Shown piece by piece: positions 39,853 to 49,510 of a DNA stretch of 64,000 nucleotides; within the stretch, counting starts at the first letter, position 1; each line of letters starts with the position of its first letter. Origin of the DNA: Myxococcota bacterium (GTDB lineage Bacteria; Myxococcota_A; Polyangia; Nannocystales; Nannocystaceae); contig JBCCWC010000001.1 of the NCBI GenBank assembly GCA_039194325.1, forward strand, positions 32,001 to 96,000, in the 5' to 3' direction. Under the pieces are notes generated by a model. The model had not been told where the DNA came from. It saw nothing but the letters and a program-made list of their open reading frames with translations, and did not search any database. A program made the position numbers and the translations under genes.

Positions 39853-41361
39853 GTGGACGCAACGCTCACGCTGGGCCAGCTGATGGCCAACATCGAACCG
39901 GCGCCGCAATACATCGATTGCGACCCCAAGACGCCGATCTCGTCCCTGGTGGTCGACTCCCGCCAAGTGGAGCCAGGCGCCGCGTTCCTGGCGGTGACCG
40001 GGCAGACCCACGACGCCCACCAGTTCGTGCAGCAAGCCCGGCAACGAGGCGCGGCGGTGCTGATCGTCCAAGATGATCGCGTCGGACCGCTGCCGGGCGC
40101 AGTCGTCCGCCTGGCCGATTCCAACACGGCCTACCCACAGATCGCCGCCAACGCACATGGCCGCCCCGGCGACGCGCTGTGGCTGGCCGGAGTGACCGGC
40201 ACCAACGGCAAGACGACCACCGCCCACCTGGTGGGCGCCGCCCTGAACTGTGCAGGGCTGCCCTACGCCCGGCTGGGCACCACGGGCAACTGGGTGGTCG
40301 ACCGCGAAGATACAGCCCGATTCACCACCCCGTTCCCCGAGGAGCTCCAGGCCCTGCTGGCGACCGCCCGACATCGCGGCGGTACCCATGCGGTGATGGA
40401 GGTGTCGTCGCACGCCCTGGCCCAAGGCCGAGCCCGACCGCTACGCTTCACCGCAGTAGGGCTGACCAGCTTCAGCCAAGACCACCTCGACTTCCACGCC
40501 ACGATGGACGACTACCTGGCGGCCAAGTGCCGATTGTCGGCCGAGCACCTGCGCGACGAGGGCACCGCGATCGCCGCTGTCGATGCCCACCCCGAAGCCG
40601 CCCGGCGCTTCTTGGACGCCGCGCCCCCCTCGGCCCTACGCTGGCGAGCCTCACGAGGCGCCGTGCCCGAGGCTGAGATCCTCGCAGAACAATTCGAACA
40701 AACCCCCACTGGCCTCCGCGCCCGGCTACGGACCCCAGCCGGCCCGGTCGATCTGCACAGCCCGCTGGTCGGCAGCTTCAACCTCGACAACCTCATGGTG
40801 GCGATCGGCCTGGGGCTCGGCCTGGGCATCGCCCCCGAGACGCTGGCCGAAGCGCTGGCCAAGGCCACCGGCGCCCCCGGCCGCCTGCAGCGGATCGCGG
40901 TCTCGGGGATCCGAGGACCTACGGTGCTCGTCGACTATGCCCACACCCCCGATGCGGTCGCCCGCGCAATCGAGGCGGTCCGACCGGCGTGCCGCGGCCG
41001 CCTGGTGGTGCTGCTGGGGTGCGGAGGCGATCGCGACCCGAGCAAGCGACCGCTGATGGGCCAGGTGGCCGCCACCGGCGCGGATCGGTTTTGGGCGACC
41101 TCGGACAACCCGCGAACCGAAGATCCCGAGACGATCGTAGACATGATGCTGGCGGGCGTACCCGCCGACCGACACGACCGCATAGAACGATGCACCGACC
41201 GTGCGTCGGCCATCGCGGGAGCGATCGCCGAGGCCCACGATGACGACCTGGTGCTCATCGCAGGCAAAGGCCACGAGGACTATCAGATCCTCGGCACCAC
41301 GAAGATCCACTTCGACGATCGCGAGCACGCCCACCAGGCCCTCGCCCGTCGCCCGTCGTAG
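39853..41361 (+). CDS. murE: UDP-MurNAc-L-Ala-D-Glu:meso-DAP ligase
   Basis: GVTGTNGKTT, MEVSSHAL, DHLDFH, VDYAHTPD, GCGGDRD, SDNPR (DAP specificity) and AGKGHEDYQ motifs. Confidence 0.96.
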   Translation: MDATLTLGQLMANIEPAPQYIDCDPKTPISSLVVDSRQVEPGAAFLAVTGQTHDAHQFVQQARQRGAAVLIVQDDRVGPLPGAVVRLADSNTAYPQIAANAHGRPGDALWLAGVTGTNGKTTTAHLVGAALNCAGLPYARLGTTGNWVVDREDTARFTTPFPEELQALLATARHRGGTHAVMEVSSHALAQGRARPLRFTAVGLTSFSQDHLDFHATMDDYLAAKCRLSAEHLRDEGTAIAAVDAHPEAARRFLDAAPPSALRWRASRGAVPEAEILAEQFEQTPTGLRARLRTPAGPVDLHSPLVGSFNLDNLMVAIGLGLGLGIAPETLAEALAKATGAPGRLQRIAVSGIRGPTVLVDYAHTPDAVARAIEAVRPACRGRLVVLLGCGGDRDPSKRPLMGQVAATGADRFWATSDNPRTEDPETIVDMMLAGVPADRHDRIERCTDRASAIAGAIAEAHDDDLVLIAGKGHEDYQILGTTKIHFDDREHAHQALARRPS

Positions 41362-41476
41362 ATCGCGTGCCTCCGGTCATCAAAGTAAGACAGTGTCGGT
41401 TTGGGTCTCCCATCATTCCTTCATTCCTTGACGCCCGGAGGGACCAACCCGCACAATCGACCTACGGTCGCTTGCG

Positions 41477-42874
41477 ATGGTCTTGGGTTCCTGGTTGACG
41501 ATGACGACCCTGATGGCGGCGGAAGCCAGCCTGGTCGTCCCGCCTGCGGAGCCCAGCGCATCGACCGAGCCCACCTCATCCACCGAGCCCACCTCATCGA
41601 CTGAGCCTGCCGCGGGCCTGCCTATCACCAACCCGAGCCACCCACTGCTACGGATGGGTCTGGGGCACGAGCCCGACGCACAGGCCGCCCTCAACCAGCC
41701 CACGGTGCTCTTCGTCAACTTCGACGGCCCGTGGATCAACGGCGGCTGCGGCAATGACTCGCGCGGCGACTGCTCGACCCTCTACCCCGACGTCCAGTTC
41801 TCCCCCTCACCCTCCGACGATGCCAAGCGAGCGGCGGTGATCCAAGCCGTCCGCGAGGACCTCGCCGACTTCGGAGTGATCGTGGTGGGTGAACGCCCCC
41901 CCGATAACAACACCTACGCAATGGTGGTGGTCGGGCTCCCCGATAGCGGAGTGCCGGGGAACATCGCGGGTGACGCTCCCGGGCTCGACTGCGGCAACAA
42001 CAGCCCGAACCTCACCAGCTTCAGCTTCCTGGTCCACGCCAGCGCCAACGCCCAGGCCACGATCATCAACCAGGAAGCCGCCCACACCTGGGGCCTTGAG
42101 CACGTCAACGACAGCGCCGACAACCTCTTCCCCGCCATGGGCGGCGAGCTCGACCCCAAGTACCAAGACCGGTGCAGCCAGGTGGTGGCCGACACCCGCC
42201 TGACCCCCACCACCGCGATCTGCAACGAAGTCCACACCATGTTCTGCCCGCCCGACCGGCAAAACTCCTACCAGGAGATGCTGCTGCTGTTCGGGCCGCC
42301 CATTCCCGACGAGGTCCCGCCCCACGTGACGATCGAGGCGCCGACCGAAGGGCAGGTGATCGAGTACGCCGAAGACTTCGAGCTGACGATCACCCTCGAC
42401 GACGATCGCCGACCGCAGATGTTCGACACCCACGTGCTGCTCGACGACATAGAAGAAACGAGCGCCGAGTTCCACGACAGCACCTTCTCCTTCTCCGTCA
42501 ACGGCGGCGACCCACCCGGAGGGCACGGGCTGAGCAACGGGCTCCACACCCTCTTGGTCGAGATCACTGACGAAGCCGGCAACCCGGCGTCCGCCGAGGT
42601 CACCATCGAGATCGTCGGCAGCCCCTTTGGCGACCCCGACGGAGGCTTCGAGATCCCCGACGGCGAAGGCACCGGTCACGACGACGACCCCGGGACGAAC
42701 GACGAGCGCCCGGGAACCCCCGCAGATCCCTTGGGCGATCCCAACCTGGATGCGGGCTGTGACTGCCGCACCCCTTCCTTCCCGCCCGGATCGACGCTGC
42801 TCGTGCTGATGCTGGCCCTCGGACACTCGCGACGACGCCGACCAGCACCCACCAACTGCGGCGAGCCCGAGTGA
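41477..42874 (+). CDS. Secreted metzincin-like protein with Ig-like domain and MYXO-CTERM tail
   Basis: LFVNFDG, QEAAHTWGLEH, Big-like domain, GCDC+TM+RRRR tail. Confidence 0.8.
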   Translation: MVLGSWLTMTTLMAAEASLVVPPAEPSASTEPTSSTEPTSSTEPAAGLPITNPSHPLLRMGLGHEPDAQAALNQPTVLFVNFDGPWINGGCGNDSRGDCSTLYPDVQFSPSPSDDAKRAAVIQAVREDLADFGVIVVGERPPDNNTYAMVVVGLPDSGVPGNIAGDAPGLDCGNNSPNLTSFSFLVHASANAQATIINQEAAHTWGLEHVNDSADNLFPAMGGELDPKYQDRCSQVVADTRLTPTTAICNEVHTMFCPPDRQNSYQEMLLLFGPPIPDEVPPHVTIEAPTEGQVIEYAEDFELTITLDDDRRPQMFDTHVLLDDIEETSAEFHDSTFSFSVNGGDPPGGHGLSNGLHTLLVEITDEAGNPASAEVTIEIVGSPFGDPDGGFEIPDGEGTGHDDDPGTNDERPGTPADPLGDPNLDAGCDCRTPSFPPGSTLLVLMLALGHSRRRRPAPTNCGEPE

Positions 42875-42912
42875 ACCAACCGGTGGATCGTGAGCTCGGT
42901 GTGAGCCCAATG

Positions 42913-42956
42913 ATCCCAGACTAGGATCCCAGACTAGGATCCCAGACTAGGATCCT
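42913..42956. repeat. 13-bp tandem repeat (ATCCCAGACTAGG) x3, followed by an inverted copy
   Basis: Visible directly; CCCAGACTAGGATCCTAGTCTGGG forms a palindrome. Confidence 0.9.
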
Positions 42957-43133
42957 AGTCTGGGCCGGACCCCGATGAACCGCAAACATGTCGCAATGAC
43001 GACATGACCAGCCCGCTCTCTTCATCAAAAAGGCACGCGACCGCCATACGACTCGCCATGCGACGGGCCATGCGATCGGCCCCGTTCGCTGACGCTCTGG
43101 GAGATCTCCGACCCGAACGGGAGGCCCTCTGAA

Positions 43134-43180
43134 GGATCTCCATTCGTGGGGATCTCCATTCATAGGGATCTCCATCATGG
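43134..43180. repeat. 16-bp period direct repeat GGATCTCCAT x3
   Basis: ggatctccattcgtgg / ggatctccattcatag / ggatctccatcatgg, upstream of the RelA-like gene. Confidence 0.8.
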
Positions 43181-43294
43181 CCTCCCCTTCGGGATCCCCT
43201 CATGCGAGAGGTCACAAATCGAGCTCGAAATCGCGCACTACGCGCAGAGTCTGGGATTAGCGCCAGTTTCGTCTATTTTCGCCCCAGGTGTGCG

Positions 43295-44326
43295 ATGCTT
43301 CGCCCCGTGGATGGCGCCAATGCACCACGCTTGATCACCCAGGGCGAAATCGAGGTGGTGGTCGGCCACTACCGCGAGGCGATGGCCCGTTACGAAGAAG
43401 CCGCGAGCGTGCTCGAGCACCGCTTGCGGCGCGAGCTTCGGGCGGCCGCCATCAAGACCCTGGTTCTCTCGCGTGCCAAGCACCCAGATGAGGTCCGCCT
43501 GGACCTCGAGTACCAACGAGCCTCGGACGACCCCGCGGAGCCCGAGCTGACGTACACCAAGCTCAACGCCGATCTGAATCGTTCGATCACGGATCTGTCG
43601 CGAGCCACGGTCATCGTCTATCACCCCATCGACGAGCAAGCCGCGTTCGAAATGATCCTGCGGCGCTTCCCGCTCGCCGACGTACCGAACCCCATCGAGC
43701 ACCAAGAAGACCGCCAGCGCGGCAGCCGAGCGCTGGTGGAGATCGACGAGTCGTTCGACCGGCCGTCGCTGCGGGGCTCGATCGTCGAGGTGAAGGTAGC
43801 GTCGATCTCCTCCCACATCTTCAACGAGCTGGGCGCAGACATCGGCTACTCGCCCACCGCGGAGGAACACCCCGAGAACGTGGCCGAAGGCATCGAGGAC
43901 CTGATGTACCTCAGCCGGCTCACCGATCGGGCGGTCCACCGCCTGCTCGAAGCCCGTCGCACGCGGCTGTTCGATCCCACCGAGCCCGTCAACGATCCGG
44001 TGGATCTTCGACACGCCCTGGAGCAGATGGTGGGCCACACCCTCACCGGTGACTTCCAGCGGCTGTTCCGACTGCTCGACACGGTGATCCACCCGTTCAC
44101 CGCAGGAGCCCTGGCCGACCTCGGCCCGGCTGAAACGCTGCTGGAGCAGGGCGTGCAAATAGCCACCGGGCTGGGCCTGCACGAGACCGGCGGCGACGAC
44201 GACGTGCTGTGCTACACGCTGTCGCTGATGGACTCGTTCGGCCCGGAGTTCCAGGAGCTGGCCAGCAACTGGCGCGGTCCCACCAACGACATCAAGAACG
44301 CAATCTTGGGCTGGAAGAAGGCGTAG
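43295..44326 (+). CDS. RelA/SpoT-synthetase-like protein with degenerate catalytic motifs
   Basis: SRAKHPD (R.K), ITDLSRATVI (D..G.R), VEVKV (EIQ) and HIFNELGADIGY (HAW.E.EHD..Y). Confidence 0.7.
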   Translation: MLRPVDGANAPRLITQGEIEVVVGHYREAMARYEEAASVLEHRLRRELRAAAIKTLVLSRAKHPDEVRLDLEYQRASDDPAEPELTYTKLNADLNRSITDLSRATVIVYHPIDEQAAFEMILRRFPLADVPNPIEHQEDRQRGSRALVEIDESFDRPSLRGSIVEVKVASISSHIFNELGADIGYSPTAEEHPENVAEGIEDLMYLSRLTDRAVHRLLEARRTRLFDPTEPVNDPVDLRHALEQMVGHTLTGDFQRLFRLLDTVIHPFTAGALADLGPAETLLEQGVQIATGLGLHETGGDDDVLCYTLSLMDSFGPEFQELASNWRGPTNDIKNAILGWKKA

Positions 44327-44329
44327 ACC

Positions 44330-44851
44330 ATGTCGCAGCTCAACATCAACGATCTGGTGATCTGTCTCAACGCCCGCTCGTCCTACTCGGAGCTGGTCGT
44401 CTTTGCCGACGACCTCGAAGAGGTGGCCCAGCTACGTATAGGCGAGCTCCCGCTGGACCTGACCCCGCTCGACCACGCCGGCCAGCGCTTCACCTTCCAG
44501 GGCGACCGCGGCAAGCGCTACTCGTTCGAGATCTCCGAGACAGGCACGGCCCGGCTGGCCACCGACATCTCCAACCACCCGCAATCGTCGGCCATGAAGG
44601 CGATGCAAGACGAAGCCCTGGGAGCGAGCGCCTCGGCGGCGCTCCGCAACGCGGTCGCCAAGAAAGGCGGCGGCTGGGCCCCGGGCCTAGTGCTCGGGAT
44701 ACTGCTGGGCGACGCACTCGACGAAGACTCCGAGTCGCGCCGCGTGCTCACGCTACGCTTCGACAGCACCAAGAAGCGCTGGAGCGCCTACGACGGCGGC
44801 CTGGTGGGCTGGATGAAGCGCGAGCTAGCTCCGGTGGACGCGGAGTCCTAG
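44330..44851 (+). CDS. Hypothetical protein, coupled to the RelA-like gene
   Basis: Starts 3 nt after the upstream stop; host-like codon usage. Confidence 0.8.
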   Translation: MSQLNINDLVICLNARSSYSELVVFADDLEEVAQLRIGELPLDLTPLDHAGQRFTFQGDRGKRYSFEISETGTARLATDISNHPQSSAMKAMQDEALGASASAALRNAVAKKGGGWAPGLVLGILLGDALDEDSESRRVLTLRFDSTKKRWSAYDGGLVGWMKRELAPVDAES

Positions 44852-44876
44852 CAACCCCGCGAAACAAACCGACACG

Positions 44877-44916
44877 AGGCGGACTCGTGGATGCCCGGCA
44901 TCCCGAGTCCGCCTTC
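44877..44916. terminator. Long hairpin between convergent genes
   Basis: AGGCGGACTCG-T-GGATGC-CCG-GCATCC-CGAGTCCGCCT followed by TCTTC. Confidence 0.65.
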
Positions 44917-45011
44917 TTCGTTCTCGAGCACGGCTCGGCGCCGCCAGCGAGAGGAACGGCTCGCGCGAGCCCGAGGCCGCGCGAGCCCTTCGCCACGAGC
45001 GGCAAGGGATA

Positions 45012-45566
45012 CTAGGGTGCACTGCCCGGGTAGCTGGCCATGATCACGCTGACCGCCTCGTTGATGATCACCTCGGGATCCTCGGCCGTCGACAACCACT
45101 TGGAGGTCCAGCCGTGCCAGATCTCCTGCTCCTTGGCGGGATCGATGAGGTAGATGTTGAGCGTGCCCTTGGTCTTGGCATCGCTGGGGCCGTCGGTGGT
45201 GACCGCGGTGCCGTCGCCCCCTTCGAGGCGATAGCGGATCTTCACCCCCACCGAGAAGGCGACCAGCACCTGGGCCTCGTCGCGGGCCACCGCCGAGTAC
45301 CCGCGCGCGGCCATCTCGCGGTCGATGGCGGCCCGAATGCGCTTCTCGTTGTCCTGGGTGCGCACGTTGGGCTGATCCTTGCCCAGCTGGATCAGCATCA
45401 GCTCGGTGGTGACCCAGGCGTAGGTCTTGGCCGACTCGAGATCAAAGCCGGGGTTGCGCTCGGCATACACCTTGGGCGCACATGCTGCGCTCAGCATCAA
45501 TAGACCCGCCCCCAAGAGGGCGAGCGCACCACGGCGAGACGAATGGACGCAGGCGGGACGATTCAT
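45012..45566 (-). CDS. DUF4136 family lipoprotein
   Basis: Lipobox SAAC; FD....KTYAW, IR.AIDRE...RGY, GTL.I.LID......IWHG and I.EAV..I..SYP motifs. Confidence 0.85.
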   Translation of the reverse strand: MNRPACVHSSRRGALALLGAGLLMLSAACAPKVYAERNPGFDLESAKTYAWVTTELMLIQLGKDQPNVRTQDNEKRIRAAIDREMAARGYSAVARDEAQVLVAFSVGVKIRYRLEGGDGTAVTTDGPSDAKTKGTLNIYLIDPAKEQEIWHGWTSKWLSTAEDPEVIINEAVSVIMASYPGSAP

Positions 45567-45628
45567 GAGCACGCAGGAGTATAGGGCAAACCGGCAACCA
45601 TCGGTGCCGGAGTCGCCTCCCAAAAAAA

Positions 45629-45718
45629 CCCCGGTTTTCGTCCATCCTGGGTGCCGCTTGGGCAAGACCGAGGCCGGGCGCGACAGCCGTCGCGCATCCC
45701 GAGCCAGCCTCGGCATAG
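45629..45718 (-). repeat. 90-bp structured dispersed repeat, copy B
   Basis: Homolog of 9590-9679; its 5' end is expanded into (CTATGCCGAG) x4 at 45709-45748. Confidence 0.9.
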
Positions 45719-45754
45719 CTCGGCATAGCTCGGCATAGCTCGGCATAGGATAGC

Positions 45755-46978
45755 TCAGTCGTAGCGGCTCATGATCTCGAGCTCCCACGACATCACCCCG
45801 CCGTCGACTCCGTTGATGACCGTATCGGTGACCACGAGCCACCAGGTGCCGTTGACCGACTCGTCCCCCGAAAACCCCAGAGGCACGATCCCCACCCCGC
45901 CGGGGTGAAGCGGCGATGCGGGGTTACTGGCCACCGAAACCTGGTTGCCGTCGGGATTGCGGAGCTCGATCACCAGCTCGCTCGGGTCGGGGTGATCGAG
46001 CTCTACCCACACCACCACGTCCATATCCACCGATGTCAGGCCCGCGACCGGAAGGCTCGCCTCCACCGGGGTCCCGTCCCCAGGGATCGCCACCGAGCCC
46101 CCGGAGAAGACCCCCGCATGTTCCTGGGGCAGGCATAGCCCTCCGGGCGAGTTCGACAACACCGTGCTGCGGACAAGACCCGCACACAGCAGACCGGGGC
46201 CACAAAGGTCGACCAGGTCGCACGATGCTCCCTCGCCGGCTGCCATGGCGCACGAGATCGTCTCGGGCACGGTCTGGTCGTCGACACCGTCGACCTCGAC
46301 ACGGAGGGCATCGATCACCAACAACGTATCGGCGGGCCAGGTGAACTGGAAGGTCTCGCAGTCGCCACCGGGGGACCCCGCACGGCCGTCGACCACCAGT
46401 CGGCCGCGATCCCAGGTGAGGCTGGTGGCCACCAGATCGTGCCCAGCAAAAGGCTGCGGCCCGCGGGAGCCGTAGACGAGCCACTGCTCGGGGAAGCTCA
46501 CCCCTGTCGGCACGGGGACGCCCGTGACGGCATCCCACTCGGCCGCGCTGGTGATCACCGTCCAGCCCGGCTGCACCCGCGAGCTCAGCGGCAGCGCATA
46601 GCGATCGAGCACGGTGAACGGGACATCGAACGCCCCAAGGCCGGTGGTCGTACCCTCGGCGGCTCCGCCGGTGGTGCTGCCGCCCCCGTCGGTCGACGTG
46701 GTCGGCTCGGCGGTCGTCCCCAAGCCACGCGTGCTGCTCGATCCCTCAGCATCCGCGGATGGGGCATCGGTCGTGGTCGTAGAGCTCGCGATCACCTCCG
46801 TGGTGCTGGAGTCCGTCGTAGAGGTGGTGGCGGACGTACCGTCGTCCGTGCACGCACCGAGCATCGACGGCAGCACCACGAGCCCCCAGGTCGCCGGGCG
46901 ACGCCAGACGCGACGATGCGCAGGACGATAAAGAGGAGATCTCGGTTCGAAGAGGGTCCCGTTCACCGCGCGCAACAT
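45755..46978 (-). CDS. Lipoprotein with C-terminal proprotein convertase P-domain
   Basis: Lipobox LGAC, Thr/Ser linker, V.VELDHP..SELVIEL..PDG...F.GDESVNGTW.L.V.D...G.V.SWEL. Confidence 0.8.
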   Translation of the reverse strand: MLRAVNGTLFEPRSPLYRPAHRRVWRRPATWGLVVLPSMLGACTDDGTSATTSTTDSSTTEVIASSTTTTDAPSADAEGSSSTRGLGTTAEPTTSTDGGGSTTGGAAEGTTTGLGAFDVPFTVLDRYALPLSSRVQPGWTVITSAAEWDAVTGVPVPTGVSFPEQWLVYGSRGPQPFAGHDLVATSLTWDRGRLVVDGRAGSPGGDCETFQFTWPADTLLVIDALRVEVDGVDDQTVPETISCAMAAGEGASCDLVDLCGPGLLCAGLVRSTVLSNSPGGLCLPQEHAGVFSGGSVAIPGDGTPVEASLPVAGLTSVDMDVVVWVELDHPDPSELVIELRNPDGNQVSVASNPASPLHPGGVGIVPLGFSGDESVNGTWWLVVTDTVINGVDGGVMSWELEIMSRYD

Positions 46979-47036
46979 AGCAACCATGCGATCGACGACC
47001 ATGCGACCGACCACGGGCTGCTAGGATCGCCGGCCA

Positions 47037-48095
47037 GTGCTCGTTGCCATCCTGGTCGCCTTGCAAGGGACGTCCTCGACGACGCCCGAGCTCGACTGGG
47101 ATGCGCCCAGGTCGTGCCCTGACTCGGCCTTCGTCCGCGATCGCCTGGAGCGGCTGCTCGCGAACCCCTCCAGGCCCGACGCTCCCTCCGGATCCCACGA
47201 ACGCGAGGTTCGCATCGACGCTCGCGTGACCCAACGAGCCGACGACGAGTATCGACTCCGACTGACGGTCCACGAACCGGGCACAGCTCACACCCGCGAG
47301 GCGTCGGCTCGAGATTGCACGACCCTGGCCGACGCCACGGCGCTCATCACTGCGACCTTCATCGAGCCGCTCCAGATCCCGGCGCACTTGGATCCTGGTA
47401 CTGCGCCGGTGCCTGCGGTGGACCGCCCGGGCTCGCAGGGGATCACGAACCGATCGATCCCGCCGCCGTCCGTTCGCTCGTCTCCGCCCGCTCCAGAGGA
47501 CGAGCCCTCCGGCAACACCCCGGCCTCGACCGAGCCCCCGCCGCTCCCGACGACCGACCGACCGACGTTCGATCCGCCTCCGAGGCTCGACCACGCCCAG
47601 CTGCGAGTCACCATGGTGGCGGGTCGAGGGATCCAGCCCGATCTCGACATTGGTCCCTCGGTGACCGGCGCCTGGTCTCGCAACACCCTGCGGCTCGAGG
47701 TGGCGCTGACGGCGATCTTGCCCCGCACACGCGCCCACTCCTCGCTGGCCGGGGTCGCCCTGCGGCAGTCGCTCTATGCGCTGACGCTACGAGCCTGCGG
47801 AGCTCCCCGCGGTCCGCGCTGGGCCCTGGCGATGTGTGCAGGCACGGAACTCGGAGCGGTGGTCGCCACCGGCCAGGGCGTCTCCGAGCCCCGCACCACC
47901 GCCAGCCCCTGGGGCGCCGTCGTGATGAGCATGATGGCGGGATGGCGCTTCGCTCCACGCTGGACGCTGTGGGCCGGCCCCGAGGGGCTCGTCGGCTACG
48001 CAATCTCCGCATTCACGGTGGGCGACTCCGAGCCACAACCGGTCGGTCGCGGGGGGATCCGGGCGCATCTGGGCGTGGAGTTCCGCCTGCGCTAG
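47037..48095 (+). CDS. Myxobacterial secreted protein with C-terminal beta-barrel-like region (ECF-associated)
   Basis: L.WDAP.SCP and R...A.DC.TLADA.AL motifs, Pro linker, amphipathic strands ending GVEFRLR. Confidence 0.65.
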   Translation: MLVAILVALQGTSSTTPELDWDAPRSCPDSAFVRDRLERLLANPSRPDAPSGSHEREVRIDARVTQRADDEYRLRLTVHEPGTAHTREASARDCTTLADATALITATFIEPLQIPAHLDPGTAPVPAVDRPGSQGITNRSIPPPSVRSSPPAPEDEPSGNTPASTEPPPLPTTDRPTFDPPPRLDHAQLRVTMVAGRGIQPDLDIGPSVTGAWSRNTLRLEVALTAILPRTRAHSSLAGVALRQSLYALTLRACGAPRGPRWALAMCAGTELGAVVATGQGVSEPRTTASPWGAVVMSMMAGWRFAPRWTLWAGPEGLVGYAISAFTVGDSEPQPVGRGGIRAHLGVEFRLR

Positions 48096-48186
48096 CGGGA
48101 CAACCGGCCGCCGATCGTCGATCGCACGATGATTGCTCGCGGGCTCACGAAAGTCCGACGATCTGGCCACTCACCTCGGCCCGCCC

Positions 48187-49446
48187 ATGGATCTGCCCGC
48201 GTCCGCCACCCCGCACGACATCTCGAGCGTCTACGAGGCTCACTTCGAGTACGTGTGGAACAACCTCCGGCGCCTCGGGGTGGAAGCGGCGGACCTCGAG
48301 GATGCGGTGCACGACGTATTCGTGGTCGCTCACCGCCGACGCCACGAGTTTCGCGGGACCTCGAGCATGCGCACCTGGCTGTTCGGGATCGCCCGCCGGG
48401 TGGCCCGAGACCACCGACGCCGTCACTTTCGCCACCGCCGGCGGCTCGACGCGGTGCGCAACGCAACGCCGACGAGCAGCCCCCGCGAGCCCCCCCAGGA
48501 GCAGGCCGCGAGCTCGGCGTTGCTACGGCGCTTCCTCGACTCGCTCGACGAGGGCAAGCGCAGCGTGTTCATCCTGTCCGAGCTCGAGCAAATGACCGGG
48601 CGCGAGGTAGCCGTGGCTCTGCAGCTCAACCCCAACACGGTTGCGTCGCGGTTGCGGGCCGCCCGGCAGGCCTTTGATCTCTACGCTCGCGGCCTTCGCC
48701 ACGCCGACCAGCTCCTCGTGAAGCGACCGCCCCCGATCCCCGAGGCGTCACGGCGTCGTGCCTGGGCCTTGGTCACGGCACAGCTGGCCCGGCCCCCGAC
48801 GACCGGCGCCGTCCCGGCCTCGGCGGCCGGCGCGACCCTCGGGCACGCCAAGGCGATCGGCCTCACCCTCGCCCTCGCCGCGGGGGGGCTAGGGGCGATC
48901 AAGCTGGTCGCCAACTCGACGGCCCGCTCGACGACGACACCCGCACGACCGGCGGCCGCCCGAGCCATCGAGCAGCCGCCGGAGCTTTCCCTGGCCGCGA
49001 CGCCCCGCACGACGTCCGAGCCCCCATCGTCTTCGGTGACCTCTTCAATGATCGCACCGTCCGCGCGCCGCCCCAGCGCCCCCTCCGGCGCTCGAGCCTC
49101 TCGTCGCTCGAACCAGCCAACGACCCAACGAGCCTCAGCCGCCCTTCGCCCGCTCGACGATCTCGCCGAGCACAACCGGCGCCTGACCGCGGCCCGGGCC
49201 GCGCTCGATCGGGCACAGGCACGGCAGGCGCAGCAGATCGCCGAGGACTATCTGCACCGCCACCCCGATGGCTTCTACGCCGACGAGATGCAGCTGGCCC
49301 GGATCCAGGCCCTCAGCCAGCAAAGCAAGTGCGAGCAAGCCCGCCCGGCCGCGCGCTCGCTCTCTCGCCGCCGGTCCGGCACGACCCTCGCCGCGCTCGC
49401 CACCATGGCGTGCCCCTCGCCGGCTCCCGATCCCTCGGGGCGATGA
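48187..49446 (+). CDS. ECF sigma factor with fused TM and TPR-like C-terminal extension
   Basis: Sigma2 (EDAVHDVF, RTWLFGIA) and sigma4 (NTVASRLRAAR), then TM, Pro/Ser linker, and A..AL..A......Y..RHPDG..A.E. Confidence 0.85.
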   Translation: MDLPASATPHDISSVYEAHFEYVWNNLRRLGVEAADLEDAVHDVFVVAHRRRHEFRGTSSMRTWLFGIARRVARDHRRRHFRHRRRLDAVRNATPTSSPREPPQEQAASSALLRRFLDSLDEGKRSVFILSELEQMTGREVAVALQLNPNTVASRLRAARQAFDLYARGLRHADQLLVKRPPPIPEASRRRAWALVTAQLARPPTTGAVPASAAGATLGHAKAIGLTLALAAGGLGAIKLVANSTARSTTTPARPAAARAIEQPPELSLAATPRTTSEPPSSSVTSSMIAPSARRPSAPSGARASRRSNQPTTQRASAALRPLDDLAEHNRRLTAARAALDRAQARQAQQIAEDYLHRHPDGFYADEMQLARIQALSQQSKCEQARPAARSLSRRRSGTTLAALATMACPSPAPDPSGR

Positions 49447-49510
49447 TCCTCATCGAACTTTTTCCGAGGGACGATCACGAGATCCACCCGAGCCGGCCAC
49501 TGACGGGACG

